Positions 28,972 through 39,223 of a stretch of 64,000 nt of DNA are shown here, in pieces. How positions within the stretch are numbered: the stretch's first letter is position 1; each line of letters begins with the position of its first letter. The notes below the pieces were generated by a model, which was not told where the DNA came from, ran no database searches, and worked only from the letters and a program-made list of their open reading frames with translations. The stretch is from an uncultured virus (IMG/VR IMGVR_UViG_3300026549_001205) (Duplodnaviria > Heunggongvirae > Uroviricota > Caudoviricetes), in the IMG/VR virus record IMGVR_UViG_3300026549_001205; one strand, 5' to 3'. Both the position numbers and the translations under genes were made by a program.

Positions 28972-29898
28972 TTATCTTAGCAGTTCATTCACTTTCTTCT
29001 GGATAGCATCATAATCATATCCGGCATCTGTAAGACGTTTCTTTCGATCATCGCCATTTCCCCATTTGCCCGCCAGGACCTCCCTGGCAAGTTGATCGAC
29101 GGACTTTGCACTATCGCGTAGAATCTGATTAACCCTGGTCTGGACTTTCTTGTAGGAAAGGCCAAGCGCCTCGATAGCTTTCTTTCTGTTGCCGCCATTA
29201 CTGAACTCGCCTGCGATGACCTTTTTGGCGGCTTCCTCTATGGTCAGAGTAGGTATTGGCTTAGGCTCTGGATTTTTAACCGATGCCTTATATCCATTGA
29301 AGCCGCCATTCACGATGATGCTCGGGAAGTCCTGATAAGCATAGTCGAGATCGACTCTACCGCTGATCCCAGGCACCATGCCTTTGGAGCTGTACTGCCA
29401 GATGCCGCAGGAGCCTGCGAAGCTGCAGGAACTTGCCCACTGCGCACACCAGAAGGAGTAACGCTTCCGGACTTCTTCTTTGGCAACAGCTCGGGCATAG
29501 GAAGAGGATGTGTAGAAGCCTGCGAAGTATCCAGCAGCTTCGAGCCTGCTGCAGAAGGTCTTGATGAGACCAGAGCAGAAATCCATGCCAGCTTCAAGCT
29601 GAGACTTCTCCTCCATATCGAGATACACTGGATAATCAAACTGCTTCCCGGAGAGAGCACGTAGAAAAGCGTCGGCTTCTTCGCTGGCTTCCTTAAATCC
29701 ATCAGCGTAGCTGTACCAGTATGCGCCGACATGGAGTCCTGCCGCTTTAGCCTTCTTGTAGTTGGCCTCGAAGAACTCATCCTTTCCTTTGGTGCCGTAG
29801 CCAGCCCGGATGATGACGAACTTGATACCGCTGTTCTTTACCTTCTGAAAGTCAATGGCTCCCTGCCATTTTGAAATATCTATTCCTTTGACCTGCAT
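28972..29898 (-). CDS. GH25 endolysin with two CW_7-like repeats
   Basis: KGIDISKWQG, YLDMEE, WQYSSKG, VDLD; repeats VIAGEFSNG and VLAGKWGNG. Confidence 0.93.
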   Translation of the reverse strand: MQVKGIDISKWQGAIDFQKVKNSGIKFVIIRAGYGTKGKDEFFEANYKKAKAAGLHVGAYWYSYADGFKEASEEADAFLRALSGKQFDYPVYLDMEEKSQLEAGMDFCSGLIKTFCSRLEAAGYFAGFYTSSSYARAVAKEEVRKRYSFWCAQWASSCSFAGSCGIWQYSSKGMVPGISGRVDLDYAYQDFPSIIVNGGFNGYKASVKNPEPKPIPTLTIEEAAKKVIAGEFSNGGNRKKAIEALGLSYKKVQTRVNQILRDSAKSVDQLAREVLAGKWGNGDDRKKRLTDAGYDYDAIQKKVNELLR

Positions 29899-30001
29899 GA
29901 TTCATTCCTCCTTAAAAAGAAAAGCCCTCCGGATTTGTTGCCATCCGAAGGGCTCTGCCTGGTATGCGGGCAGGCTCCCGAGATAGAAGGATCACCTCCT
30001 C

Positions 30002-30271
30002 TCAGGGCTGTGTTTTCGTTGCCTGCTTGTAGATCTGGTTGATTCCCGTTGCCGCAAATCCACTCACGATTCCAACTGCGAGTGCATTCACGATGTCCGT
30101 TGCCGGGAAGTCCGGCATGAGGTAAAGACCTGCGATGCCAAGAAGTGCACCGACGCTTCCGCAGATGACCGGAATCCAGGTGTCCGGGACCTTTGCGGAT
30201 GCCTTGCAGGCAGCGCCGATGAGATAGGCGATGACTGTAATCGCAGCTACACTTGCAATTCCAAAGTCCAT
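30002..30271 (-). CDS. Small phage holin
   Basis: 89 aa with 2-3 TM helices, WIPVICG..G, AVGIVSG.AATG.NQ.YKQ; precedes the lysin. Confidence 0.8.
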   Translation of the reverse strand: MDFGIASVAAITVIAYLIGAACKASAKVPDTWIPVICGSVGALLGIAGLYLMPDFPATDIVNALAVGIVSGFAATGINQIYKQATKTQP

Positions 30272-30274
30272 AGT

Positions 30275-30601
30275 TCATTCCTCCTTCTTTTCTCCGTTCG
30301 GAGATTGATAGGGCAGCTTTTGCACTGCCTGGTATAGGTTTTCTCCCGTGCCGTTCCCGCCGAGCGCCTTGTATGGCTTGTAGAGATACTCGAGGTTCTC
30401 CCTGTCATCTAAGGTGGCCCAGCCACGGGCAATAAAAATGCTGCATGCGGCATAGAGCCTGTCATGCAGCAGAGCGAGAATTCCTTCCCGCAGAACGTCA
30501 TATTCAGTTTTCTTCTTCCGGAGCTTTTTCACGCACCACGTAAGAACCGCGATGATGAGTGCAAATAGCTCCTGTATCCAGTACTTTAAGATCCAGTCCA
30601 T
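30275..30601 (-). CDS. Holin-associated membrane protein
   Basis: N-terminal TM helix; ALLHDRL..Y.PYKALGGNG motif typical of phage lysis regions. Confidence 0.7.
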   Translation of the reverse strand: MDWILKYWIQELFALIIAVLTWCVKKLRKKKTEYDVLREGILALLHDRLYAACSIFIARGWATLDDRENLEYLYKPYKALGGNGTGENLYQAVQKLPYQSPNGEKKEE

Positions 30602-30616
30602 TGGTATTGGCCTCCC

Positions 30617-30844
30617 TTACAAATCACTTCCTGGAGTGCTTGGAAGTGTAACTGATTGCTTGTTTCCGTTTGAATCCTCAAGTATGATCTCGTTTCCCTC
30701 GAGCGTGAGCTTGTAGGTTGTGTCGGTGAACACTGCATTCTCCGGGACCTCTGTCTTGAGAGAATCGATCAGGCTGTTCACTTCCGATACGATAGAAAGG
30801 ATCACCTTTGAGGAGCCTTTGTATTCCACCTTATGAATCGACAT
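30617..30844 (-). CDS. Hypothetical phage protein
   Basis: 75 aa, overlaps the upstream gene; VPENAVFTDTTY motif seen in tail-associated proteins. Confidence 0.6.
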   Translation of the reverse strand: MSIHKVEYKGSSKVILSIVSEVNSLIDSLKTEVPENAVFTDTTYKLTLEGNEIILEDSNGNKQSVTLPSTPGSDL

Positions 30845-31622
30845 TGTAAAAATCCTCCGATCTCTTCACGGCTCCGATATTCCTTCCGGTATATGCCTTC
30901 AGATCATTAATGATTCGGTCGGTATTGAAGAGCCTGTCTGTCAGCTTGTATGAGGAAATATACGGGTCAAAGTACGAAAGGTTCTCCGGCTCGATGTAGG
31001 TCGTATCACGGATGGACTTTACGCAGGCTCTGCATTTGTCTGTGGCTTTGACCTCCTCGCGGGTTGTCGCATACCAGTGCTGGTCGTGCCATCGGCAGTC
31101 GTAGTAGCAGGCGGTATTGCAGATGAGAATGTAGCGGTACTTGGTTGGAAGGCGTTTGATTGCATCCAGGTGCCGGTTGAACCAGAAAAAGAGCACGATG
31201 CTGTCATACATGGAGAAGTCGCATTCCTGAAGGTCCTTCTCGGTAAGACACCGGGTGATTGAAAGTGTGAGCGACAGATCGTTATGTCTGGTCCTTGCCG
31301 CGATTGCCAGCGCATCGTCATTTAAGATGAACTGCCTTATGCCAAGCGCGTAGTATTTTTCGAGAATCTCAAGCGAAGCGTTCCTGTGCATCAGAATGCA
31401 AAGCGGTAGCCCCAACTGCATGAGCTCCTTTACCCTAATCAGATATTCGTCGTAGGACTTCGGGTATTCGTTCCGGAGCGGAATGTCCCGCCTGGTCGTT
31501 ATGGCGTCGTCCACATAGGCTGGCAAATAGATGCAGCTGACATACGGAAAAAGCTCACGATTTCTCGCGAGCTTTCCAACATAGTCATAGGCAAAGTTAT
31601 ATGGGAGTTCATATTGTTTCAT
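30831..31622 (-). CDS. U32-family (Fe-S, TIM-barrel) protein
   Basis: LTLSIT, IVL...FNR.LD.I, ILICNTACYYDC...DQH, CRAC, IEPENL..F, YKLTDR pattern. Confidence 0.7.
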   Translation of the reverse strand: MKQYELPYNFAYDYVGKLARNRELFPYVSCIYLPAYVDDAITTRRDIPLRNEYPKSYDEYLIRVKELMQLGLPLCILMHRNASLEILEKYYALGIRQFILNDDALAIAARTRHNDLSLTLSITRCLTEKDLQECDFSMYDSIVLFFWFNRHLDAIKRLPTKYRYILICNTACYYDCRWHDQHWYATTREEVKATDKCRACVKSIRDTTYIEPENLSYFDPYISSYKLTDRLFNTDRIINDLKAYTGRNIGAVKRSEDFYNVDS

Positions 31623-33009
31623 CAGAATCCTCCTTGTCCGTCAGGGTGTAGGTCACCTTCATTGTCTGCGATGCGTTCTTAGTAATCGGCGAGGACAGGT
31701 TGTTGATGGTGCCAAGGTAGGCTGCCCGGAAGACTGTCCTGATCCGGTCATTGTCGTAGTAGCCGTCGTAGTGATAGGTAGCGAGCACCTTGTCATCGAG
31801 GAAGGCTATGCAGGGATTGGCCACAGGGCCTCCGGTCGTAGCTTCCTCAGAGTAGGTGCCGTCCTCATAGAGGAAGCCGACCTTCGTATAGGTGGTGCCA
31901 TCCACTCTGTAGTCGTACTGGTATTGGATGCCACCGTTATAAAGGAGCGGGCATATATTCTGAATGATGCCATCGTTCTGTGTCTTGAAGAGCCTGATGT
32001 CCGCGATGTTCGCAAGGTCGATCACGTAGATGCTCTTTTCATCGCTACCTCTTGCATAGAGATGGTTGTTCCGGATAATCATGCTGCCTTCATGACGATT
32101 GGTCAGGTGAACACCGGCCAGAGTGATTTCCTGTTCGGCTTCAGCGGTGAAAGACAGGTCAGAGTACTTGTACTTCGTAACATAGATCTTGGCATCGCCG
32201 GTGTCATTCTTCTCATCAAAATGGTAATCATGATAGGTGTTGCCGTAGTAGGTATAGGTGTTTACCCGGTTGTTCTGTGTGATGAAGTAGATATACCCAT
32301 CATATCCAGGGAGCCAATACTGATACGGATTGCTGACCTGAAGCCCTTCATGGCTTGGCGGATCAAGCGTCGTGACATCGATCGCAGTCTTAGCCAGATC
32401 ATTGTAGGAGAGATCGTTCACCTTTGCCTTGTACAGATCCATTCTGCATTTCTGGACAGTTTTGCCATCTCTCCGCAGCCAGTAAACTTCCTCGTCCTTC
32501 AGGAAGAGGATGCGGGCATCATGCTCCAGGGAGTCGTTGACATTCGTATCGCTGACAGAATCCAGATAAAACTGCCGCTGGAAAGGATTAGCACCAGCGT
32601 ACTTATTCGTGAGTGCGATAGCCTTGATCGTGCCGTTACCCTGGGCAGTGCCAAAGTCCCAGACAGAGACGTAGCCGGTATCGGTCGCATGAGACTCGAT
32701 AGAGTTAAGGGAACCTCTCATCGAGTCAGTCGTGTTGGAATCCCTATCGCCGTAGCCGACGAGCTTTGCATTTGATGGAAAGGCAACATTGTCGGCATCT
32801 TCTTCGAGCGTGTTGTTAAAGAGCATCAGCCCGCCGAGCGCATTTGTGGCAATGGGAAAGACACTCTGATTCATGACCTTGCCCATCATGTTCTGTGCAG
32901 CGATCAGGTACTGGACCGCGTTCGTTACGAGGTTGTCTTTCTCATAGGTCTTTTCTATTTTGCCGGTCTCGGCATTAAAGAGCTCTATCTTGGTGTGGCC
33001 CTTGATCAT
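31609..33009 (-). CDS. Tail / receptor-binding-associated protein
   Basis: MIKGHTKIEL..NLVTNA, RGSLN..ES, VWDF.T.QGNGTI..IALT; start set at ATG 33009 after GGAGGT. Confidence 0.75.
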   Translation of the reverse strand: MIKGHTKIELFNAETGKIEKTYEKDNLVTNAVQYLIAAQNMMGKVMNQSVFPIATNALGGLMLFNNTLEEDADNVAFPSNAKLVGYGDRDSNTTDSMRGSLNSIESHATDTGYVSVWDFGTAQGNGTIKAIALTNKYAGANPFQRQFYLDSVSDTNVNDSLEHDARILFLKDEEVYWLRRDGKTVQKCRMDLYKAKVNDLSYNDLAKTAIDVTTLDPPSHEGLQVSNPYQYWLPGYDGYIYFITQNNRVNTYTYYGNTYHDYHFDEKNDTGDAKIYVTKYKYSDLSFTAEAEQEITLAGVHLTNRHEGSMIIRNNHLYARGSDEKSIYVIDLANIADIRLFKTQNDGIIQNICPLLYNGGIQYQYDYRVDGTTYTKVGFLYEDGTYSEEATTGGPVANPCIAFLDDKVLATYHYDGYYDNDRIRTVFRAAYLGTINNLSSPITKNASQTMKVTYTLTDKEDSDETI

Positions 33010-35132
33010 TCCTCTACCTCCTTCAAATAGATCTGGATATCTGTAAGCGTGCCTTCCTTGTGGATGATGGCCTTTATCTTGATGGAACCGGTGAGCTTCT
33101 CTGCCCACTGGTCCTTGGTGATTTCCTTCATGGCAGGGCCGAACATTCCATAAGATTCCCTCGTGGTATCAGGCTCTGTCCATCCGTTTTCATAGGACCA
33201 CCAGGTCTCCCCGTGATCGAAGGATGCAAGGAAGTTCACATTGTTGCTGTCGCAATCAGTGGTGACGGAGAGGATTTCAGTCGCCTCTTCATCAGGACTT
33301 TCAATTTCCTGAACGGAGGTCGTATCCTTTAATTTCCAGGCACCATCCTTGATCTCGATCGCATCATGGTCATAGGTCATTACATCGTCGTGCAGTGTAT
33401 CGTAGCGATACAGGAACTTAATGTTTCCGACATGCCCGCTGATGCCGCGAAGGATAGAAGCAAGACCGAAGGCCGGAATGATATCCGCTACACCTGCATC
33501 ATTATTCGGAACCATCGTCACAGTGACTTCATCTGTGAATGAACGGTAGATCTTCGAAAGGTCTGCCGGGAGGACTTCATCCTCTGCAGAGAGTGAACCA
33601 TCCCAGGCACCCTCACCCGCAAGACCCTGGCCGACAAGATAAGCTCTGGCGCTCCCTGCTTCGATATAGAGAGAAGCTCCTGCCATTGATATCCAGGCAG
33701 CAAAGTTACCCATCAGGTTTGCGGTCGACTTCCAGATGTACTGGAGATGAAGGAGATGCGTGCCGTCCTGCAGTGTTTCCACAGGATAGTAGTCCTTGAC
33801 CTCCTCACCGTTCATGTAGTAGGTGACTGTGACAGAGCCATCCGTATTTGTAACCGTGCTGTCTGTCGCGACCTCGGTCGTATCAATCCGGAGCTTGATC
33901 TCTGCATGGAACTCGATATAGGTTGCCTTCTGGGTGGCATACTTTAAGTCGATGATTTTTCCCTTATCGCCATCACCGATTGTGATCTCGTCTGCATTGA
34001 CGTAGGAGTAGTAATAGATGCTGTCGGCACTCGTCGTCGACAGGAGACCTGCGATGTTCTTATCCACCTTGGACTTCGCAGAAACGAGCGCCGGGTTCTG
34101 GCCGACACCGGTTGCCTTGTAGGTGCCGTTGTAGGTCCAGTCATATTTCGTAATGCAGGACTTGGAGCTGTCTCCGGCTATGCCGCCCGTGAAAAGAAGG
34201 ACATCGCCAAGGTCATAGACAGGGCTTCCAATCATGCTGACTTCCATCGGTACATAGGAAATGGCCTGCATGGCATTGAGGACTGCAAGGCGCTGCCGAT
34301 CAGTCACTTCCGGGAGACCATACTGCATGAGCGGGTTGCTGCCCATGTTAAAGGTAAGACCATCGTCCGGCATCAGGCCATAATATTTCGTCGCCTGGTC
34401 TGCGATATTCACGATGGATAGACCCGTGTATCTGGTAATGAAATCAGAGAACTTGCCTCCGGAGAAGCGGTGACTGATATCAATCGTATCGACCGGCTCT
34501 GAGGAGTAGAGCCTAAGGACCAGGGCACCATCACGATTGATCGTGGCAAAGGTCCCTGTCGTCATGGCGCACCAGGCAATCAGATCCCGCCAGGTCTCCA
34601 TGTCGTTCTCTGGATACACCGAGAACTCCTCCGTGCCATTCGGCAGTGCCTCGACCTCTGTCTGCTCCATACCAAGCGGTACACCACAGGCATTTGTAGC
34701 TACCAGCAGGAAATCGTAGATCTGCTTGGAACCGTTGTCGATCTGGATCGTTTTGTCGAAGCGGGCCATGTTGTCATAGGCTGTGATCTCGACTCCGGAT
34801 TCTCCCCAGTTGGCTTCACTTACATGAAAGATGCCCAGAGGAACATCCTCATACGTGCCCGCAGGAAGAAGGAGCCCCAGGGAGGGCTTGATCGCCATGT
34901 CATCGAGTGTCTGCCGTACAAAAGGCATCTTCATGAACGTGACCTTGAGCTCACCGATATACACAGAGCCAATTGACACGTTCGTATCATCAGAGCACTG
35001 ATTGGTAAGGTGAAAGGACCCAGAGAGGATGTTCTCGTCAGAGAAAGACAGATCACCAGCGGTCCCGGTCATCCGAAACCGCTGGACCGGCTGCTTCATG
35101 GCTAGCTTGTATTCATCACTTACGCTGTACAT
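33006..35132 (-). CDS. Tail / baseplate protein
   Basis: Follows the distal-tail-like gene; IGSVYIGEL, VPLGIF.V, ITAYDNM..FD. Confidence 0.75.
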   Translation of the reverse strand: MYSVSDEYKLAMKQPVQRFRMTGTAGDLSFSDENILSGSFHLTNQCSDDTNVSIGSVYIGELKVTFMKMPFVRQTLDDMAIKPSLGLLLPAGTYEDVPLGIFHVSEANWGESGVEITAYDNMARFDKTIQIDNGSKQIYDFLLVATNACGVPLGMEQTEVEALPNGTEEFSVYPENDMETWRDLIAWCAMTTGTFATINRDGALVLRLYSSEPVDTIDISHRFSGGKFSDFITRYTGLSIVNIADQATKYYGLMPDDGLTFNMGSNPLMQYGLPEVTDRQRLAVLNAMQAISYVPMEVSMIGSPVYDLGDVLLFTGGIAGDSSKSCITKYDWTYNGTYKATGVGQNPALVSAKSKVDKNIAGLLSTTSADSIYYYSYVNADEITIGDGDKGKIIDLKYATQKATYIEFHAEIKLRIDTTEVATDSTVTNTDGSVTVTYYMNGEEVKDYYPVETLQDGTHLLHLQYIWKSTANLMGNFAAWISMAGASLYIEAGSARAYLVGQGLAGEGAWDGSLSAEDEVLPADLSKIYRSFTDEVTVTMVPNNDAGVADIIPAFGLASILRGISGHVGNIKFLYRYDTLHDDVMTYDHDAIEIKDGAWKLKDTTSVQEIESPDEEATEILSVTTDCDSNNVNFLASFDHGETWWSYENGWTEPDTTRESYGMFGPAMKEITKDQWAEKLTGSIKIKAIIHKEGTLTDIQIYLKEVEE

Positions 35133-35147
35133 GGCAGCCTCCTCTCA

Positions 35148-35522
35148 TCAAAATTCATATAGGTCAAACGATACGGTATAAAGACCGTTGCTGCTTTTGA
35201 GCTTTTCGCTGTTCTTCTCCGGACCAGTCTTAAAGTTCCGGATGCGCATAGTTCTTGTTTTATAATCTCGGGTCTTCAGGTCATAGAGCCTTACAGCAAT
35301 GGAATCCTTGTCGCGGAAATTCGTGAAGGTAGAGGCCCAAGCAGCCGAGCACTTGAACTCGCAGGAGACCGAGAGCTTGTCGTACCTGGTGACGATCACC
35401 TGATCCGTCCCGGCCTCCGTCTGGTTGGTGGTTTCCACGACGGAGTAGGATTCCTGCCACTTCGACGGCCAGAAGAGCTTTGTGTCATTAAAGTAGATTG
35501 GATAGTCCCTCTTTAACATCAT
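35148..35522 (-). CDS. Distal-tail-like protein
   Basis: 124 aa directly after the tape measure gene; NQTEAGTD. Confidence 0.6.
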   Translation of the reverse strand: MMLKRDYPIYFNDTKLFWPSKWQESYSVVETTNQTEAGTDQVIVTRYDKLSVSCEFKCSAAWASTFTNFRDKDSIAVRLYDLKTRDYKTRTMRIRNFKTGPEKNSEKLKSSNGLYTVSFDLYEF

Positions 35523-38038
35523 CTGCCTCCTGACCTGAAGTTCGTTCTCTGATTTGCCTTGACGACAATCTCATCGATGCGGTCCTGGCCGATGTAGACC
35601 GGGATCACAATCGTCTGCCCCGCGCCTGCAGCTGCGACTGCTCCCTGGACGATCTGTGAGAGTCGATCGGTTCCGACGACGGCTTCTTCACCGGCTTCAC
35701 CGCCACCAAGGAGCCTGCCTCCTGCCATACCAAAGAGAGTAGGGCTGTTCAGAATATACGGCTCGTCCATAGCCTTTCGGTACCAGTCAACACCAAAGTG
35801 CGGTACCGATGGCGGGTCAAGGGAAAAGCTACCGGAGATCGAGAAGTGAGGCATCTTGAGATGCGGCAGTGACCAGGAGAAGTTGAAGAAGCCCTTGATC
35901 TTATCAATGGCACCTCTGACTGCTTCCTTGGCAGCATCCATTTTTTCAGAGAATGCGTTTTTGATATCCGAGAGTTTGCTCCTTGCTGTAGAAAGTGCCT
36001 CGCCGAGCTTGCCGCCTGTCGTCTTATTGATGATTTCAAACCCGGTCTTCCAGATATTCTTGTAGCCCTCCATCGCAGTGGTGATGACACCCTTGATGCC
36101 ACCGCCATTCTGCTGAACGGTCGATTTGATATTGGACCAGGCTGTGCTGGTGTTAGTCTTCACCGTATTCCAGGCATTCGTGATGTGATCCTTGATGCCT
36201 GTAAATACGGTGGTCGCGCCGGTCTTCATGCCGTTCCAGACCGTAGAGACACCAGTCTTGATGCCATTCCATGCGGTTTCCGTTCCTGACTTGATTCCAT
36301 TCCAGAGCCCGGTAAAGAAGGTGGAAAGACCCTGGCCGACTGTCTTTACGCCAGAGCAGATGCCGTCCCAGACACCGCCAAACCACTCTGTGATTTCTCC
36401 CCAGTGCTTCACGACCTCAACGACAGCAACGATTGCCGCAATGACTCCGGCTATGATGCCGATCATCGGAAGAAGGCCGATGGAGCTGAATGCGGCAAGA
36501 CCTGTGGACAGACCGCCGATCGTATTCATGAGACTTCCGATACCGCTTGTGATGGTACCGAAGGTAGAGATGACCTTGCCGACACCGACGAGAATCGGAC
36601 CTACCAATGCAGCAACAAGCGCAGCTTTGATGATGAACTGCTGCATGGGCTCCGGGATTGCCTGCCAGATCTCTGTGAATTTCTTTAAGGCTCCGGATGC
36701 CTGCTCCAGCATAGGCGCAAGAACTGTGGCGAGAGAGTTACCAATCTCAGCGCCGGTAACCTTCAACTGGTTCATGGTCGTTTTGAACTTATCGATCGGG
36801 TCCAGGGTGTCATTGAAGGTGGTCTCTACATTTCCTTTGAAATCAGCCATGCTGGAGGAGAAGCCATCAAAGGACAGCTTTCCTGTCTGCATGGCATTGT
36901 AGATAGCCGCACCACCTTTTGAGCCGAACAGATCGTATGCTGCCTGCAGCTTTTCTGTGTCAGACTTGTTGGATTTCATGGTGGTGCTGAACTCACCAAG
37001 TGCCTGATCGAGAGTCTTGCCATCCTTGGCGGCATTGTTCATGGCCTTCTTCATACCAGCCATAGCTGTAGACACATCAAGACCGGACATCTCGACATTG
37101 CCAAGGAACTGCGCAGACTGAGTCGCGTTAAGGCCCATCGATTTTAGCTGGGCAGCATTTCCGGAAAGATCCTGTGCGAGCTTATCCATTGAAAGACCGG
37201 TCGCCTGCCCGACAGAGTTTAAGACGTCAAGCATGCCGCCAGCCTGGGATGAATCCATGCCGAATGCATTGAGGACGGAAGAGACGTTATCAATCGAGGT
37301 CGAAACATCGGTGTCGTTGACTGCAGCAAACTCCACGAACTGCTGTGAAAGATCCTTTAAGGCATCACCTGTGAGGCCAAATCTCGTATTCACTTCACCA
37401 ATGGCAGAACCTGCCGTTGCAAAGTCAGTCGGAATGCTCGTTGCGATATCATTCGCAGCATCCTGCATATTCTTTAGAGCCTGACCGGCAGCACCAGTCT
37501 TAGTCTTTACGATATCCGCGCCTTCATCGACTTCTGTGAAGGCTGCAAGAGAAGCTGCGCCGACAGCAGCAATCGGAGCTGTTACGTGGGTGGAGAGTCC
37601 TTCACCAATGCCAGTGACCTTCTCTCCGATTCCTTTTACCTTTTCTCCCATCTGCTGAAGCTGCACTCCGGCAACAGAGCCGACCGATTTATACTGTTCT
37701 TCAAGACCCTTGAGCGCCTGTTTGGTATCTTCGATCTCGCGGGTCAGAGCCTCCTGCTGTTTGATGGTCTCCTCGGTCTGAGGAGCATCCTTCAGCTGCT
37801 TTAAGGCAGCCTGTTCCTGCTTCAGCTTTTCCTTTGTATCGGAGATGGCCTGCGACAGATATTTCTGTTTCTGGACCAGGAGATCGGCATTGCCCGGATC
37901 GAGCTTTAAGAGCTTATTCACATCGCGGAGCTGGTTCTGTGTATCCTTGATGGACTTGTTGACGTCTTTTAATGCGTCAGAGAGTTTCGTGGTATCGCCG
38001 CCGATCTCGACGGTGATACCCTTAATGCGGTCCGCCAT
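35519..38038 (-). CDS. Tail tape measure protein
   Basis: RIKGITVEIGGDTT, Trp-periodic repeats, PHF..WYRKAM..GGGEAGEEAVV. Confidence 0.93.
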   Translation of the reverse strand: MADRIKGITVEIGGDTTKLSDALKDVNKSIKDTQNQLRDVNKLLKLDPGNADLLVQKQKYLSQAISDTKEKLKQEQAALKQLKDAPQTEETIKQQEALTREIEDTKQALKGLEEQYKSVGSVAGVQLQQMGEKVKGIGEKVTGIGEGLSTHVTAPIAAVGAASLAAFTEVDEGADIVKTKTGAAGQALKNMQDAANDIATSIPTDFATAGSAIGEVNTRFGLTGDALKDLSQQFVEFAAVNDTDVSTSIDNVSSVLNAFGMDSSQAGGMLDVLNSVGQATGLSMDKLAQDLSGNAAQLKSMGLNATQSAQFLGNVEMSGLDVSTAMAGMKKAMNNAAKDGKTLDQALGEFSTTMKSNKSDTEKLQAAYDLFGSKGGAAIYNAMQTGKLSFDGFSSSMADFKGNVETTFNDTLDPIDKFKTTMNQLKVTGAEIGNSLATVLAPMLEQASGALKKFTEIWQAIPEPMQQFIIKAALVAALVGPILVGVGKVISTFGTITSGIGSLMNTIGGLSTGLAAFSSIGLLPMIGIIAGVIAAIVAVVEVVKHWGEITEWFGGVWDGICSGVKTVGQGLSTFFTGLWNGIKSGTETAWNGIKTGVSTVWNGMKTGATTVFTGIKDHITNAWNTVKTNTSTAWSNIKSTVQQNGGGIKGVITTAMEGYKNIWKTGFEIINKTTGGKLGEALSTARSKLSDIKNAFSEKMDAAKEAVRGAIDKIKGFFNFSWSLPHLKMPHFSISGSFSLDPPSVPHFGVDWYRKAMDEPYILNSPTLFGMAGGRLLGGGEAGEEAVVGTDRLSQIVQGAVAAAGAGQTIVIPVYIGQDRIDEIVVKANQRTNFRSGGR

Positions 38039-38052
38039 GCTGACCTCCTTCC

Positions 38053-38250
38053 TTACCAGTTATCAAAATCTTCCTGCGTTGCTACCTCGCAATAGTCGTC
38101 CGAGGTATCATTGTTGGATTCGCTCATCACGTCATAGACCATTCCCTCTTCGATCTCGGAAAGATCTGCAATGGAAAAGCCCAACTGCTTACAGCGAAGT
38201 AAGTACACAGCAGTATTTACTTCTCTGTCAGTTGGGCGTTCTCTTTTTTT
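38053..38250 (-). CDS. Tail assembly chaperone T segment (expressed as GT via -1 frameshift)
   Basis: The -1 frame after A AAA AAA G (38243-38250) reads RERPTDREVNTAVYLLRCKQLGFSIADL...ATQEDFDNW*. Not in the ORF track. Confidence 0.75.
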   Translation of the reverse strand, partial: KKRERPTDREVNTAVYLLRCKQLGFSIADLSEIEEGMVYDVMSESNNDTSDDYCEVATQEDFDNW

Positions 38251-38579
38251 GCTTCAGAGGTAGTGGCTCTGTTCCCAAGGTAAATGGAAACAAGCTGATC
38301 CAGCTTTTCAATCAGGCTCAAGCCATCGAATCCGGCAGCCCAGTGGATGAAATCATCCATTGAGAGATTTCCGGTGTTTCCGCTAGCCTGTGCATTCATG
38401 ATGTACCCGAGCTTAGCCCCGACCAGGGTATCCATTTTTTCCCCGGAGAGGCTGTTCATCGTCACCATCAAATCCTGGTGAAAAGTCATCCGATAAAGAA
38501 TGGCAGTCGCACCGTTTGCCTCAAAAACCACATGCTTAGTGCTGCCATCCTCCATTGTCATTTCAAGCTCTTTTCTCAT
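38217..38579 (-). CDS. Tail assembly chaperone G
   Basis: Between major tail and tape measure genes; ends AKKE at the slippery site. Confidence 0.8.
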   Translation of the reverse strand: MRKELEMTMEDGSTKHVVFEANGATAILYRMTFHQDLMVTMNSLSGEKMDTLVGAKLGYIMNAQASGNTGNLSMDDFIHWAAGFDGLSLIEKLDQLVSIYLGNRATTSEAKKENAQLTEK

Positions 38580-38589
38580 CTGTCACACC

Positions 38590-39213
38590 TCACTTTGATG
38601 TTGATGTTGTGGTTCCGGCGGTAGAACTGGTTGTGCCCTTGACCGGAAGATGAACCTCGTCATACCATGCGTTGTAGGTTGCCTCATCCGTCTCCGAAGA
38701 GGTGTCTGCCTTTACGACATTTGCGTTCAGCTCCTTACTAAAAATTGAAGAAGCATCTATCGTCAAAGCCTCGGTCTTAACCGAAACCTTATCCTCCTTC
38801 GTCTCTGCCTCGATATCTGGCCGGGAAGCTGTACAGTTATACAGCACGTGACGGACCGCCTTAGCATCGCCAGTGAACTCAAAGAGCAGCGCAAACGGAA
38901 CCGGCTGTGCATCCGCGTTCTCGATAAACACACCATTGGAATCCTTGATGTCACCGAGAACTCCTGTTTTGAATTCCTCCGGAACCATCGCGGTCTCCAG
39001 ATCACCGTTGTAGCCAGTGTTTGAGCTGGTTACGTAGTACTTGATGTCATCCGCATAAAACGGCTCCTGGGAGCCCTGTGCCGAGAACTTGATCGACACG
39101 GCGCCAGGCCAGCGGACCGGCTTCTGATAAGTGGCGGTTCCATCCTCTGCGATGGTAGCCAGTGCATAATGGACGTTTTTAAGGCCGTACCTCACCTTGT
39201 TCTTCTTACCCAT
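38590..39213 (-). CDS. Major tail protein (phi13-like)
   Basis: [33 protein letters not shown]....RHVLYNC.A.RP. Confidence 0.9.
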   Translation of the reverse strand: MGKKNKVRYGLKNVHYALATIAEDGTATYQKPVRWPGAVSIKFSAQGSQEPFYADDIKYYVTSSNTGYNGDLETAMVPEEFKTGVLGDIKDSNGVFIENADAQPVPFALLFEFTGDAKAVRHVLYNCTASRPDIEAETKEDKVSVKTEALTIDASSIFSKELNANVVKADTSSETDEATYNAWYDEVHLPVKGTTSSTAGTTTSTSK

Positions 39214-39223
39214 ACCTGCCTCC

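Noticed and set aside
30600..35132. Diversity-generating retroelement or invertible tail-fibre locus
   Set aside because: No reverse transcriptase, TR/VR pair or dedicated invertase sites were seen.
36100..36420. Periodic repeats in the tape measure gene
   Set aside because: Ordinary Trp-spaced 11/22-aa tape measure repeats.
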